DNA of 64,000 nucleotides from Spirochaetia bacterium (GTDB lineage: Bacteria; Spirochaetota; Spirochaetia; CAKZLE01): positions 1,792,001-1,856,000 of the forward strand of contig OY782041.1 of assembly GCA_963677595.1 (NCBI GenBank), read 5' to 3'. Shown here piece by piece: positions 1-10,470 of the stretch. Each line of letters opens with the position of its first letter. The stretch's first letter is position 1. Both the position numbers and the translations under genes were made by a program. A model generated the notes under the pieces. That model saw nothing but the letters and a program-made list of their open reading frames with translations, made no database searches and was not told the DNA's origin.

Positions 1-819
1 GCCGGTGGTGGTGCTGACATCATCACTCGTATTATCATGAAATATGTAACCGAAGAGACTGGCCAGCCTGTGGTTATTACCAATATGACAGGTCTTGCTG
101 GTTATGAGATGGTACGGAAGCAGGAAGCGAACGGGTATAACTATGTATTCGGTATCACCGGCTTGCTGATCTCGGCGGCACAGGGCCAGCTCGATTTCGG
201 GCATGAGGCTTTTGATGCAGTATTCTGTCCGGGACTTGATTTCTCCAACGGGATCCTGGTGCGGGGTGATTCTCCCTATAAGACACTGGATGACCTGTTC
301 GATGCGATCAAGGCTGATTCCACAAGTGTGACTGGCGGGATCTCGATGACCGGTTACCCATACCTGTGCTATAGAGGTATTGAGGATGCACTTGGGATCG
401 ATATGTACTGTGTTGATGCAGGGAACACTGGGGAGAGAGCTGTGGCGCTGCTCGGCGGACAGGTTGATTTCATCATTTCTGGTATGGCTGCTATCACGGG
501 ATACCTTGAATCCGGCGATTTCCGATACCTGGCTATCACCTCTGAAGAACGGAACCCCTTCATCCCTGACGTGCCGACTTTCAAGGAGCTAGGATATGAC
601 TTCTCTTATGCTGGCCAGGGCGGATACCTGCTGGCACCCAAGGGCACTGATCCTGAGATCATCGAGAAGTTCAACTCGCTGTTCCATGATAAGATCCAGA
701 CCAACCCTGAATACCAGGAAGAGATCTCCAGGTTCGGTATGGTCGATGTGGATTATTCCCCTGCGGAGCTTGCCACGGAACTTGATAAAGCCGCTGCAGG
801 TTTCAAGAAATTCCTGTAA
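1..819 (+). CDS. tctC: Tripartite tricarboxylate transporter substrate-binding protein (Bug/TctC), 5' end outside the window
   Basis: Frame is open from base 1 (AGGGADIITRIIMK, the Bug-family GGG.D motif); ALLGGQVD and PDVPTFKELG motifs; upstream of tctB and tctA. Confidence 0.9.
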   Translation, partial: AGGGADIITRIIMKYVTEETGQPVVITNMTGLAGYEMVRKQEANGYNYVFGITGLLISAAQGQLDFGHEAFDAVFCPGLDFSNGILVRGDSPYKTLDDLFDAIKADSTSVTGGISMTGYPYLCYRGIEDALGIDMYCVDAGNTGERAVALLGGQVDFIISGMAAITGYLESGDFRYLAITSEERNPFIPDVPTFKELGYDFSYAGQGGYLLAPKGTDPEIIEKFNSLFHDKIQTNPEYQEEISRFGMVDVDYSPAELATELDKAAAGFKKFL

Positions 820-850
820 ACTGAACGATATATAAAGGTAGAGTAGTAGG

Positions 851-1384
851 ATGAACAGCAAAATTGACAATTGGTTTTCCAAATGGTCAGTAAATTTCAC
901 AACCTATAAGATGCTTGCATTGGGGATCGTGTTGATAGTCTTGTCTATCTTCATGCTCCTGCAGACACCTGGGTACGTGCGTGCCGACGGGTTGAACGCA
1001 GTGGACAGTGCTGCGTTCGCACCCCGTCTGGTATATTCGGTATTACTGATATTCGGTGTTGTGATCACTGTCCAGCAGGTACTCCTTCTTAAGGCTCTCA
1101 AGATAGAGAAAGAGGAGATGACTGTATCAAAAGACGATAATGCGGGGAATCAGAAAGCTCTACTCATCCTGGGCACTATATTAGTGTATATAGTGCTCAT
1201 GTATATCCTTGGTTTTATTCTAGCCTCGATCCTTTACCTGATGAGCAATATGATAATCATGTCGGAAAAAGGGTCGAGGAATATCAAAATGTATCTGTTG
1301 ATTTCGGTGATCATCTCGGTCGTCGTATATTATTGTTTTAAAGAATTCATTTTTGTGAATTTGCCGACAGGTATGCTGTTTTAG
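851..1384 (+). CDS. tctB: Tripartite tricarboxylate transporter small membrane subunit
   Basis: 177 aa, 4-5 hydrophobic segments, C-terminal F.V.LP.G motif, lies between tctC and tctA. Confidence 0.85.
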   Translation: MNSKIDNWFSKWSVNFTTYKMLALGIVLIVLSIFMLLQTPGYVRADGLNAVDSAAFAPRLVYSVLLIFGVVITVQQVLLLKALKIEKEEMTVSKDDNAGNQKALLILGTILVYIVLMYILGFILASILYLMSNMIIMSEKGSRNIKMYLLISVIISVVVYYCFKEFIFVNLPTGMLF

Positions 1385-1403
1385 GCAGCGGAAGAGGTTT
1401 ACT

Positions 1404-2921
1404 ATGTTTGCTGCGTTAATTAGCCTTCTCACACCATTGAATATTCTGTTAGTGGTCTGCGGTGTCATTGTCGGTATCCTGTTCGGGGCTATCCCGGGGT
1501 TGAGTTCCACCATGGCGATAGCTCTCTTCCTGCCTGTTACGTTCGCCTTCGATGTGACGAGTGCTTTCGTCCTTCTGACGGCTCTCTACATAGGGGGGGT
1601 CTCTGGAGGCCTGATATCCGCGATCCTGATCAATATACCCGGATCTGCGATGTCCATAGCCACCACGTACGACGGGTCGCCTATGGCGAAGAACGGACAG
1701 GCTCACAGGGCATTGGGCATCGGTATCGTGTTCTCCTTTCTCGGGACCATGTTCGGTCTCATCGTCCTCATCGCTGCAGCTCCGCCCCTATCAAGTCTCA
1801 CGATCAAGCTGAGCTCGTATGACTTCTTTGCCTTGACGTTATTGTCGTTGACGCTTATCTCAGGGGTCTCTGGCAAGAATATGATGCTGGGATTGGTATC
1901 AGGTTTCATCGGGCTTGCTATCGCGATGGTCGGGATAGCCCCGATCGACGGAGTCCCGCGCTATACATTCGGGAACTACCAGCTGTTGAATGGGTTCTCA
2001 CTCCTTCCGGGAGTCATCGGGTTATTCGCCGTGACGGAGATCATGAAGTCCGTGAGTGAGATGCATAAGAAGCCTGTGATCAAAGCTGAAACAGAGCGGG
2101 TGAGGGGATTCGGCTTTACGTTTCGTGAAATGATAGGCCAGACGAAGAATTTTCTCATATCCTCGGTGATTGGGTTGGTCGTTGGGTTCCTGCCTGGTAT
2201 GGGCGGTTCCCTGGCGAACCAGGTTGCGTATGCCGCTGTCCAGAAGAACTCAAAACATCCTGAGAAGTTCGGGACCGGTATCATGGATGGTATCGTCGCA
2301 TCGGAATCCTCGAACAATGCCTCTATCGGCGGGGCTATGATTCCGCTGCTTACCCTCGGTATTCCCGGGGACGGCCCGACAGCCATGCTGCTCGGTGCCT
2401 TCATGATCCATGGGGTAGTACCGGGGCCTCTGCTCTTCACAACAAGTAAGCCATTGGTGAACTTGATCTTCCTCTCGCTGATAGTCTGTTCAGTTGTCAT
2501 GCTGTTCATCGAGTACTATGGCTTGAGGCTGTTCGTGAAAGCCTTAAATGTCCCAAAAGCGATTCTACTCCCGGCGATCCTCGTCTTGTGTACGGTAGGG
2601 TCCTTCGCGAATAACAACACGATGTTCGATGTCTGGACGCTGTTGATCTTTGGTGTGTTCGGGTATCTCCTGCATAAGATGAAGGTTCCCCGGGCTCCGA
2701 TGGTCTTGGGATTCGTGCTTGGGCCGGCGGTCGAGACCCATCTGCGGCGAGCCGTTCAGCTTAGCCGGGGCTCTATCACGCCGTTCTTCACTCACCCGAT
2801 CAGTGCGGTGCTGCTTCTGGGAAGCCTGGTCATTATCGTGCTTTCTTTTGTAGCCCAATTCAAGTCGATAAAGGAAGAGAAGCTCAAGGCCGCAGCAATG
2901 CAGGCTGGTGAAGGGAAGTGA
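1404..2921 (+). CDS. tctA: Tripartite tricarboxylate transporter large membrane subunit
   Basis: GAIPGLS, NIPG..SIAT.YDG, ESSNNA..GG.MIPLLTLGIPGD signature motifs. Confidence 0.95.
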   Translation: MFAALISLLTPLNILLVVCGVIVGILFGAIPGLSSTMAIALFLPVTFAFDVTSAFVLLTALYIGGVSGGLISAILINIPGSAMSIATTYDGSPMAKNGQAHRALGIGIVFSFLGTMFGLIVLIAAAPPLSSLTIKLSSYDFFALTLLSLTLISGVSGKNMMLGLVSGFIGLAIAMVGIAPIDGVPRYTFGNYQLLNGFSLLPGVIGLFAVTEIMKSVSEMHKKPVIKAETERVRGFGFTFREMIGQTKNFLISSVIGLVVGFLPGMGGSLANQVAYAAVQKNSKHPEKFGTGIMDGIVASESSNNASIGGAMIPLLTLGIPGDGPTAMLLGAFMIHGVVPGPLLFTTSKPLVNLIFLSLIVCSVVMLFIEYYGLRLFVKALNVPKAILLPAILVLCTVGSFANNNTMFDVWTLLIFGVFGYLLHKMKVPRAPMVLGFVLGPAVETHLRRAVQLSRGSITPFFTHPISAVLLLGSLVIIVLSFVAQFKSIKEEKLKAAAMQAGEGK

Positions 2922-2966
2922 TCCTGCGGGATATGATGTTCGGTACCAATAGGCGGCAGGAAGGAT

Positions 2967-4103
2967 ATGTTTGACTTACTGATCAAGAATGGTGAACTGC
3001 TCGGGCTCGGCAGCGGGCACGCAGGTGTCGGTGATATAGCGGTAAAGGGGAACAGGATCGCGAAGATCGGCAAGGTTCCCGAGGCTGAGGCCTCCCGCGT
3101 CATCGATGCCGCGGGCTGTATCGTGAGCCCGGGACTCATCGATTTCCACCTGCACCTCTCCCCCCTGGCAGAGATCGGGGTCTGCGGGGAAGCGGCATGT
3201 TTCCCCTCAGGTGTGACGACTGCGGTGGACTGCGGCAGTGCCGGGGTCGGGACCTATCTCGGTCATCGTCCGGCTCTTGCTGCAAGCCGACTCGGGGTCT
3301 ATACCTTCCTTCACGTAAGTTCAGCCGGGCTCGCTACCGGCAGTTATCTTGAGAATGCAGACCCAGCATACTTCAACCGCGCGAAGATCATCGAGCACTT
3401 CGAGCGCTGGGGGGAAGAGGAACTGATCGGGCTGAAGATCCGTCAGGGAAAGGAGATCGTCGGCGATCTCGGGCTGGAGCCCCTCCGTGAGACGATCGGG
3501 ATAGCCGATGAACTGCAGGTGCCGGTGATGGTCCACTGTTCCAATCCGCCGAGTTCTATCGACAGCATGCTCGACCTGCTGCGCCCTGGGGATATCATCA
3601 CCCATGCGTACCAGGATAACGGCGGCAGTATCCTGGGGAGCGATGGCGCCGTATCGAGCAGGGCGAGAGCCGCACGTGCACGCGGGGTGCTCTTCGATGT
3701 CGCTAATGCGAACATCCATTTCTCGTTCAAGGTGGCGAGACAGGCCATCAGTGAAGGATTCCTGCCGGATACCATCAGCACTGACCTCACCACACGGAGC
3801 CTTTATTACCGCCCGAATGTGTTCAACCTGCTCCATGTCATGTCGAAATACCTGAATATGGGGATGTCGATTGAACAGGTGTTCGAGCGCTGCACCATCA
3901 AGCCCGCGCAGATCATTGGGAGGAAGGGGCTGACCGCGACCCTCGAGGAGGGGCACCTTGCCGATATCGCCGTCATTCGCAAGATCAGGAAAGATGTCAT
4001 CTTCGGCGATCGTGTCGGAGAAACGCTGCAGGGTGCATTCTTCCTGAAAGCGATGGCTACGATCAAGGATGGCATGCTGGTGTACCGCGACCAGGAATTC
4101 TAA
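2967..4103 (+). CDS. Metal-dependent amidohydrolase/deacetylase (dihydroorotase-like, EF_0837 type)
   Basis: PGLIDFHLH, GVTTAVDCGSAG, GLKIR, MVH, THAY, ISTD motifs. Confidence 0.85.
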   Translation: MFDLLIKNGELLGLGSGHAGVGDIAVKGNRIAKIGKVPEAEASRVIDAAGCIVSPGLIDFHLHLSPLAEIGVCGEAACFPSGVTTAVDCGSAGVGTYLGHRPALAASRLGVYTFLHVSSAGLATGSYLENADPAYFNRAKIIEHFERWGEEELIGLKIRQGKEIVGDLGLEPLRETIGIADELQVPVMVHCSNPPSSIDSMLDLLRPGDIITHAYQDNGGSILGSDGAVSSRARAARARGVLFDVANANIHFSFKVARQAISEGFLPDTISTDLTTRSLYYRPNVFNLLHVMSKYLNMGMSIEQVFERCTIKPAQIIGRKGLTATLEEGHLADIAVIRKIRKDVIFGDRVGETLQGAFFLKAMATIKDGMLVYRDQEF

Positions 4104-4210
4104 GGACTGTTTGACACGACATCTGCTGATTTCTCTGCTATACTATGAGGGGATGTAATACGATTCCCTGTTCAGACACGCAGGGAGGCTTTCGGGAAGA
4201 CTGACATCAT

Positions 4211-6136
4211 ATGAGTAAGATAGTAATATTTTCAACGACGCCGGGCATGACCCAGAGCTGCAGCTCCATCTTGAAGAAGCGGAATATCACCGATATCCCG
4301 ATCTACGAGCTGACGATGTACCGAGCCCTGGAGAAAGCGCAGGAGTGCCAGCTCTCCGGTACCAAGGTGTTCGTCTGCAGGGGAGGGTCCGCCTCATTCC
4401 TCCGTGAACACCTCGATGCCCCGATCGTCGATATCAGGCACAGCTTCCTGAGTTTCTTCGTCACCATAAAGAAGCGACTCCTCTCTGACGAGAAGGTCGC
4501 GGTCATCGGGTTCTCCCAGTTCTGTGATACGGCCAGGAAATACAATATGGTCTTGAACGAGTCCCTGATCGTCATCCCCGTGCAGGATGCCCAGGAATTC
4601 GAGTCGGCGTTCCTCCAGGCTCGTGAAGCCGGGGCACAGGTGATCATAGGCGGCCTGCAGGTCAAGCGTATCTGTGACAGGAATGACTTCCCCTTCTTTT
4701 CCATCTATCCGGAGGAGATGGAAGTGGAGCAGGCCTTGGATGAGGCGTTCTACAACCTGTATGTTGAGGAGGAGCGGGAGAAACAGTTCAGTATCATCTC
4801 GACTATCCTGCACAGTACCTCGGAAGGGATCATCGGTATCGACACCTCAGGAGCTATCCTCCATATCAACAAGAATGCGCAGGAACTGCTTCAATATAGT
4901 GCAGATGGTGAGAACAGGTACCTGAAGAGTCTCATCTCGAACAAGAATATCCTTGATACCATCAGGACAGGAGACCCCATCCATGATGAGCTGCTGACCA
5001 TAGATAAGCTCTCCCTGGTGATCAGCTGCCTGCCGATCGTGCAGGGCGGCAACATCACCGGGGCGGTCATCACCATGCAGGAAGAGACGAACATCCAGAT
5101 CATCGATTCGAAGATCAGGAAACGCCAGATCAGTACCGGTCGTTTCGCTAAGATGAACTTCAACGATGTCATCGGTGAATCTCCCGAGATCATCAGGACG
5201 AAGAAGACAGCCAAGAAGTTTGCCCAGACCGACAGTACGATACTCCTGTCCGGAGAGACTGGGACCGGTAAGGAGCTGTTCGCACAGAGTATACATAATT
5301 ACAGTATGAGACGGAATATGCCGTTCATAGCCATAAACTGTGCTGCCCTGCCTCAGAGTATCCTGGAAAGTGAGTTGTTCGGGTATGCAGGGGGTGCCTT
5401 CACCGGGGCGAAAGCCGGGGGTAAGGCTGGTGTGTTCGAGCAGGCCCACAAGGGGACGGTATTTCTCGACGAGATCACGGAGATCCCGATGGATGTACAG
5501 GCGAAACTGCTTCGGGTGCTGCAGGAGAAGGAGATCACGCGGATCGGCGACAACCGGATGATCCCCATCGATATCCGGATCATCGCGGCATGCAATAAGA
5601 ACCTCTACCAGGAAGTGAAGAATAGACAGTTCCGGGAGGACCTGTATTATCGGCTGTGTGTCCTGGAGTTGAAACTGCCGTCGCTGCGGGATCGTAAGGA
5701 TGATATCCCGGCTCTCTTCAGCCATTTCCTGCAGGGAGAACGGACACTGACTGACAAGGCCCTTGAGATCCTCTATACCTACAGCTGGCCGGGTAACGTA
5801 CGGCAGTTGATCAATGTGACTGAACGGGCGAATGTCGTCTTGAAGGACAACGTGATCGATGAGGATGTCATGGGGGATCTCATAGACTCCCAGGAGACCG
5901 GCACCATGGATACCGGCGTTGAGAATCAGCATCCTTCCATCCTGGATTATGTACGCCATACTCTGGATGATTTTACGAATATAGCATCAGTCTCGGATGG
6001 ACTGCTGCGAGTGATCGAGAAGCATGTCATCCTCGATATCCTGGCAAAGACGAACGGGAATCGGGAGAAGGCTGCGGCGATCCTTGGGATCAGTATCTCG
6101 ACGTTGTGGCGTAAGGAAAAATCATATAAGTCCTGA
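4211..6136 (+). CDS. PrpR-like sigma54-dependent activator (PrpR_N, PAS, AAA+, Fis HTH)
   Basis: CRGGSA N-terminal domain, GETGTGKE Walker A, ESELFG..GAFTGA loop, WPGNVRQL, C-terminal AAAILGISISTLWRK. Confidence 0.93.
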   Translation: MSKIVIFSTTPGMTQSCSSILKKRNITDIPIYELTMYRALEKAQECQLSGTKVFVCRGGSASFLREHLDAPIVDIRHSFLSFFVTIKKRLLSDEKVAVIGFSQFCDTARKYNMVLNESLIVIPVQDAQEFESAFLQAREAGAQVIIGGLQVKRICDRNDFPFFSIYPEEMEVEQALDEAFYNLYVEEEREKQFSIISTILHSTSEGIIGIDTSGAILHINKNAQELLQYSADGENRYLKSLISNKNILDTIRTGDPIHDELLTIDKLSLVISCLPIVQGGNITGAVITMQEETNIQIIDSKIRKRQISTGRFAKMNFNDVIGESPEIIRTKKTAKKFAQTDSTILLSGETGTGKELFAQSIHNYSMRRNMPFIAINCAALPQSILESELFGYAGGAFTGAKAGGKAGVFEQAHKGTVFLDEITEIPMDVQAKLLRVLQEKEITRIGDNRMIPIDIRIIAACNKNLYQEVKNRQFREDLYYRLCVLELKLPSLRDRKDDIPALFSHFLQGERTLTDKALEILYTYSWPGNVRQLINVTERANVVLKDNVIDEDVMGDLIDSQETGTMDTGVENQHPSILDYVRHTLDDFTNIASVSDGLLRVIEKHVILDILAKTNGNREKAAAILGISISTLWRKEKSYKS

Positions 6137-6341
6137 ACTGGGCAGGGTGAGCAGTAGTGAAACGTGCTTCACAGAAATGTCAAAATGAATTCTATTATGA
6201 AATACAAAATGGAATCTCCCCTTCTGATCATAGCGCATGAGGAAGATACCTTCCTGTGCCTGAAGCGTAAACAATGCTTAAGGATCTTCTAAGTATAGGC
6301 ATAGTAACAAGATACCTTCTCTTGAAATGTGTGTGGACAGA

Positions 6342-6358
6342 TTGGCATGAATAATGCT
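6342..6358 (+). promoter_or_regulatory. Sigma54 (-24/-12) promoter
   Basis: TTGGCATGAATAATGCT has GG(6344-45)-N10-GC(6356-57); directly downstream of a GAFTGA activator gene and about 80 bp before the ATG at 6441. Confidence 0.75.
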
Positions 6359-6440
6359 TTTAGTTTTCAAGGATGTTTACCTTTTTGTTGGGCGAATACA
6401 GGGGTTCACACAGGAATGATCAGGATGCAAAGGAAAGAGT

Positions 6441-7319
6441 ATGAACAATCAGAGAGCCATAGAGCTATGGGAAGAGAAAGAAAAACTGTTTTATGAACGG
6501 CACAGCGCATATTATGCGCATCCCGAAGACAGCTGGGTCGACCCCTTCAGGGTCATCGGGAATGTCTATTTCATCGGGGATACGGTGGTCGCACCGTACC
6601 TGATCGATACCGGGGCCGGGCTGATGCTCCTTGATTCCGGCTATCCGCATGCCGGGGAGATGCTCAAGAAGAGCATAGCCCTCCTGGGGTTCAGACTGGA
6701 AGATATCAAGTATATCCTCCACTCACATGAGCACTTCGACCACTTCGGCATCACAAAAGAATTACAGGAAGCATACGGCTGCAAGGCATTCATCCATGAG
6801 AAGGGTGCGGAGGTCATCAGAGAGAGACCGGAGCACACCCATATCCAGGATGCCCATTACGCCAAGGCTGAACTGTTCATCCCGGATGAGGTCTTCTCTG
6901 ACGGGGATGTGATCGAGCTTGGGAATACCAGGGTCACCTGCATCTTCACCCCCGGCCATTCCGAAGGAGCGACCACGTTCACGTTCAACGTGGAGGAAGG
7001 CGGGACTTCCTACACCGCCGGTGTGTGCGGCGTCGGCGGCTTCCTGGTCCTGCATACGGGCAGGCTGCTGAAGTATGGTCTCCCGATGGATTCACGGCAG
7101 CAGTACAGAGACAGCATTGCCAAGCTCAGGGACCTTCCCATAGACATAACCCTTGATGCGCATCCCCGGCCTAATGGGGTCCTGGACCGTCGCAAGCGCA
7201 TGCTGGAGATCCCAGAGGTCAATCCATATATCGACAAGAAGGCATGGGGAGAGAACCTGGATGCCTACCAGCAGCGGTTCGAGGCATTCCTGCAGGAGGA
7301 GGAACGGGAACTCGGATAG
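6441..7319 (+). CDS. MBL-fold metallo-hydrolase, subclass B3 beta-lactamase-like
   Basis: PFRVIGNVYFIG, HEHFDH (HxHxDH), TPGHSEG and a late AH motif; no signal peptide visible. Confidence 0.85.
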   Translation: MNNQRAIELWEEKEKLFYERHSAYYAHPEDSWVDPFRVIGNVYFIGDTVVAPYLIDTGAGLMLLDSGYPHAGEMLKKSIALLGFRLEDIKYILHSHEHFDHFGITKELQEAYGCKAFIHEKGAEVIRERPEHTHIQDAHYAKAELFIPDEVFSDGDVIELGNTRVTCIFTPGHSEGATTFTFNVEEGGTSYTAGVCGVGGFLVLHTGRLLKYGLPMDSRQQYRDSIAKLRDLPIDITLDAHPRPNGVLDRRKRMLEIPEVNPYIDKKAWGENLDAYQQRFEAFLQEEERELG

Positions 7320-7339
7320 GGAGAACCTGATCAACCCGG

Positions 7340-8290
7340 TCACACAGTATAGAACTTCCTGATCCTTGTCTTGCACATCTCGATGAAATCAGAGGCTGCA
7401 TCTGAGAGGTACCGGTCCCGGTGGTAGGCAACCACCAGGTTGCCTATCGTCTCCGGGTCGTCGATGGGGAAGAAGTATACCGGGGATTTCTGTTCGTGGA
7501 GCATGAGCGGGCTCAGGTGCTTGACGAACATCTCGGGATAGATGGTCACCCCCATCTCCTCCCCGGCAAGTGAGAGCAGCGACTCGATGCTCTCCATCTC
7601 CATCTTGATGTTCACCTGGATTCCGTGCTTGTTCAGGTAGTGGTCGAGGAGGGTGCGTATCCGGTTCCCGGAGTTCAGGATCAGGAAGGGGTAGTCCTTG
7701 ATGAGGGCGAGGTTGAACCCCTTCTTGAATTCCACGATCTTCTCCTCGTGGGTGCCGGGGAACAGTTCCTTGATGTATCGCTGGGGGACGACGGCGAAGA
7801 GGCTTTCCTGGAGGATGTCGATCGTCTCGGCGGCGTCCAGGTTGATCGGGGAGAACCCGATGATCAGGTCGATCTGGCCGTGCTGCAGCCAGTTCTCGAG
7901 GGCCTCGGAGTTCCCCTCCTTGATGATGATCTCGATGAGGGGGTACTTCTTCGAGAACAGCGGCAGCACCTGCGGGAGGAAGACACGCCCCCGGGTATGG
8001 GAGATCCCGATGCGCAGCTCCCCCCGCTTCAGGTTGTTGATGTCATCGAGTTCCATGATCATCTGCCGCTTCGTGTCCAGCAGGCGGGTCGCCGCCTTCA
8101 GGAAGCACTTACCGGCATAGGTCAAGGATAGCGAAGGAGATCGTTTGAAGAGTTCGGCACTCACCTCCTCCTCCAGCCTGATGATGTGCTTGCTCAAGGA
8201 CTGCTGGGAGATGAAGAGCCGCTCTGCTGCCCGGGTGATGTTCAGCTCCTCGGCAACGGTGACGAAGTACTGGATAGTGAGGAAATTCAT
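7340..8290 (-). CDS. LysR-family transcriptional regulator
   Basis: Start MNFLTIQYF at 8290 with AGGAGG RBS; NITRAAERLFISQQSLSKHIIRLE HTH; divergent from aconitase. Confidence 0.95.
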   Translation of the reverse strand: MNFLTIQYFVTVAEELNITRAAERLFISQQSLSKHIIRLEEEVSAELFKRSPSLSLTYAGKCFLKAATRLLDTKRQMIMELDDINNLKRGELRIGISHTRGRVFLPQVLPLFSKKYPLIEIIIKEGNSEALENWLQHGQIDLIIGFSPINLDAAETIDILQESLFAVVPQRYIKELFPGTHEEKIVEFKKGFNLALIKDYPFLILNSGNRIRTLLDHYLNKHGIQVNIKMEMESIESLLSLAGEEMGVTIYPEMFVKHLSPLMLHEQKSPVYFFPIDDPETIGNLVVAYHRDRYLSDAASDFIEMCKTRIRKFYTV

Positions 8291-8505
8291 AGATCCTCCT
8301 ACAATAAAAAGGTTGTGCTTATATGTACAAATAAAATGTTTTTCGTTGTGATCATAGCATGGTAAAATCCAGTTAGCAATATGACAACGTAATCTTTGGA
8401 GGGTTTCAAGAGAAAACAGTTCGAATCGCATGCCTTGGGGCCCTTGGGGACGGCATGAACTAAGCAAGTAAACGAGAGAGAATCTTATCAGGAAGGGAGA
8501 AAGTA

Positions 8506-10470
8506 ATGGGACAGAACATACCAGAGAAGATCCTGTCGGCACACCTGGTAGAGGGTGAGCTGAAAGCAGGGAACGAGATCGCGGTGAAGATCGACCAGAC
8601 ACTGACGCAGGACGCGACGGGAACGATGGCGTACCTGCAGTTCGAGGCGATGGGGATCGACCATATACAGAACGAGTTGGCGGTGAGCTATGTGGACCAC
8701 AACACGGTGCAGGTGGGGTTCGAGAACGCGGACGACCACCGGTACCTGCAGTCGGTGGCACAGAAGTACGGGATCGTGTTCTCCCGGCCGGGGAACGGGA
8801 TCTGCCACCAGGTACACCTGGAGCGGTTCGGGATCCCGGGCAAGACGCTGTTGGGATCAGACTCGCACACGCCGACCGGCGGCGGTATCGGGATGCTGGC
8901 GATGGGTGCCGGCGGGATCGACGTGGCCGTGGCCATGGGCGGGGGAGCCTTCTACATGAGCGCGCCGAATGTCGTGCGCATCGAGCTGGAAGGCAAGCTC
9001 CGGCCATGGGTCTCGGCGAAGGACGTGATCCTGAAGGTCTTGAGCATCTTCTCGACGAAAGGGAACGTGGGGACGGTGCTGGAGTACGGCGGGCCCGGGG
9101 TCGATACCCTCGACGTGCCGGACCGTGCGACGATCACGAACATGGGAGCCGAACTCGGGGTGACGACCTCGATCTTCCCGAGCGATGAGAAGACGAAGGC
9201 GTTCATGGAAGCCCAGGGGCGGGGAGCCGACTGGGTGGAGCTGAAAGCGGATGCCGATGCGGAGTATGCCCGGACCGTGACGATCGACCTGAGTGAGCTG
9301 GAACCGCTGACAGCGGCACCGCACTCACCGGGGAACATCGAGACGGTGAAGGGACTTGCAGGGAAGCGCGTAGACCAGGTGCTCATCGGGTCCTGCACGA
9401 ACTCCTCCTACCGGGACCTGGTGACCGTCGCGGAGATCCTCGACGGGAAGCGGGTGGCCCCGGGCGTGAGCCTGGGTATCGCGCCGGGTTCAAGGGAAGT
9501 ACTCACGATGCTCGCGCGGGACGGGTACCTGACGAAGCTGATCGAGTCGGGGGCACGGATCCTGGAGAGTGCCTGCGGGTTCTGTATCGGCAACCACATG
9601 TCGCCGAACAGCGAAGCGGTCTCGCTGCGGACATCGAACCGGAACTTCGAGGGGAGATCGGGGACGAAGTCGGCCCAGGTCTACCTGGTGAGCCCGGAAG
9701 TGGCAGCCTTGGCGGCGATCACGGGAGCGTTCACCGACCCGCTGGCAGACAACGGGATAGCCTATCCTGCGGTGGGGATGCCGAAGGAGTTCATCATCGA
9801 TGACAGCATGTTCATCTTCCCGACAGAAGACGGGGGCGATACCGAGATCCTGCGGGGACCGAACATCGGGGCACCGCCGGTGAACACCGGACTGCCGGAA
9901 GCACTGAAGGGTGTGGCGACACTGAAGGTAGGGGAGAAGATCACGACCGACCACATCATGCCGGCAGGAGCACGGCTGAAGTACCGGTCGAACGTGCCGA
10001 CCTACTCACAGTATGTGTTCGAGCCGATCGACCCGCAGTTCCCCACACGGGCGGCAGCGAACCGGGACGCGGGGATCGACAACATCATCATCGCCGCAGA
10101 CTCGTACGGGCAGGGCTCGAGCCGGGAACATGCGGCATTATGCCCGATGTACCTGGGGGTGAAGGCGGTGGTGGCGACCTCGATCGAGCGGATCCACATG
10201 GCGAACCTGTTCAACTTCGGGATCGTGCCGTTCATCTTCGCAGACCGGGAGGATTACGACCGGATCGACGAGGGGGATGAGCTGGAGATCGCGGGACTGG
10301 CCGAGGCGATCAGGAGTGCCGGTGAGCATGGGGGCATCGTGAAGATGGCCAACAAGACGAAGGGGACCGAGATCCCGCTGAGAGCGGAGTTCACGGCCCG
10401 GCAGATCGGGCTGCTGGAAGCAGGCGGGCTGCTGAACTACACGAGCGCACAGCAGGGGGAACAGGCATGA
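8506..10470 (+). CDS. acn: Aconitate hydratase (short AcnA-like type)
   Basis: [52 protein letters not shown]. Confidence 0.93.
   Translation: MGQNIPEKILSAHLVEGELKAGNEIAVKIDQTLTQDATGTMAYLQFEAMGIDHIQNELAVSYVDHNTVQVGFENADDHRYLQSVAQKYGIVFSRPGNGICHQVHLERFGIPGKTLLGSDSHTPTGGGIGMLAMGAGGIDVAVAMGGGAFYMSAPNVVRIELEGKLRPWVSAKDVILKVLSIFSTKGNVGTVLEYGGPGVDTLDVPDRATITNMGAELGVTTSIFPSDEKTKAFMEAQGRGADWVELKADADAEYARTVTIDLSELEPLTAAPHSPGNIETVKGLAGKRVDQVLIGSCTNSSYRDLVTVAEILDGKRVAPGVSLGIAPGSREVLTMLARDGYLTKLIESGARILESACGFCIGNHMSPNSEAVSLRTSNRNFEGRSGTKSAQVYLVSPEVAALAAITGAFTDPLADNGIAYPAVGMPKEFIIDDSMFIFPTEDGGDTEILRGPNIGAPPVNTGLPEALKGVATLKVGEKITTDHIMPAGARLKYRSNVPTYSQYVFEPIDPQFPTRAAANRDAGIDNIIIAADSYGQGSSREHAALCPMYLGVKAVVATSIERIHMANLFNFGIVPFIFADREDYDRIDEGDELEIAGLAEAIRSAGEHGGIVKMANKTKGTEIPLRAEFTARQIGLLEAGGLLNYTSAQQGEQA

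Noticed and set aside
8450-8466. Possible sigma54 promoter ACGGCATGAACTAAGCA before aconitase
   Set aside because: GG-N10-GC spacing is right but the flanking TG and TT bases are missing, and a divergent LysR implies sigma70 control
8291-9007. 239-aa N-terminal extension of the LysR ORF (7340..9007)
   Set aside because: Antisense to aconitase and low complexity; the HTH and RBS place the start at 8290
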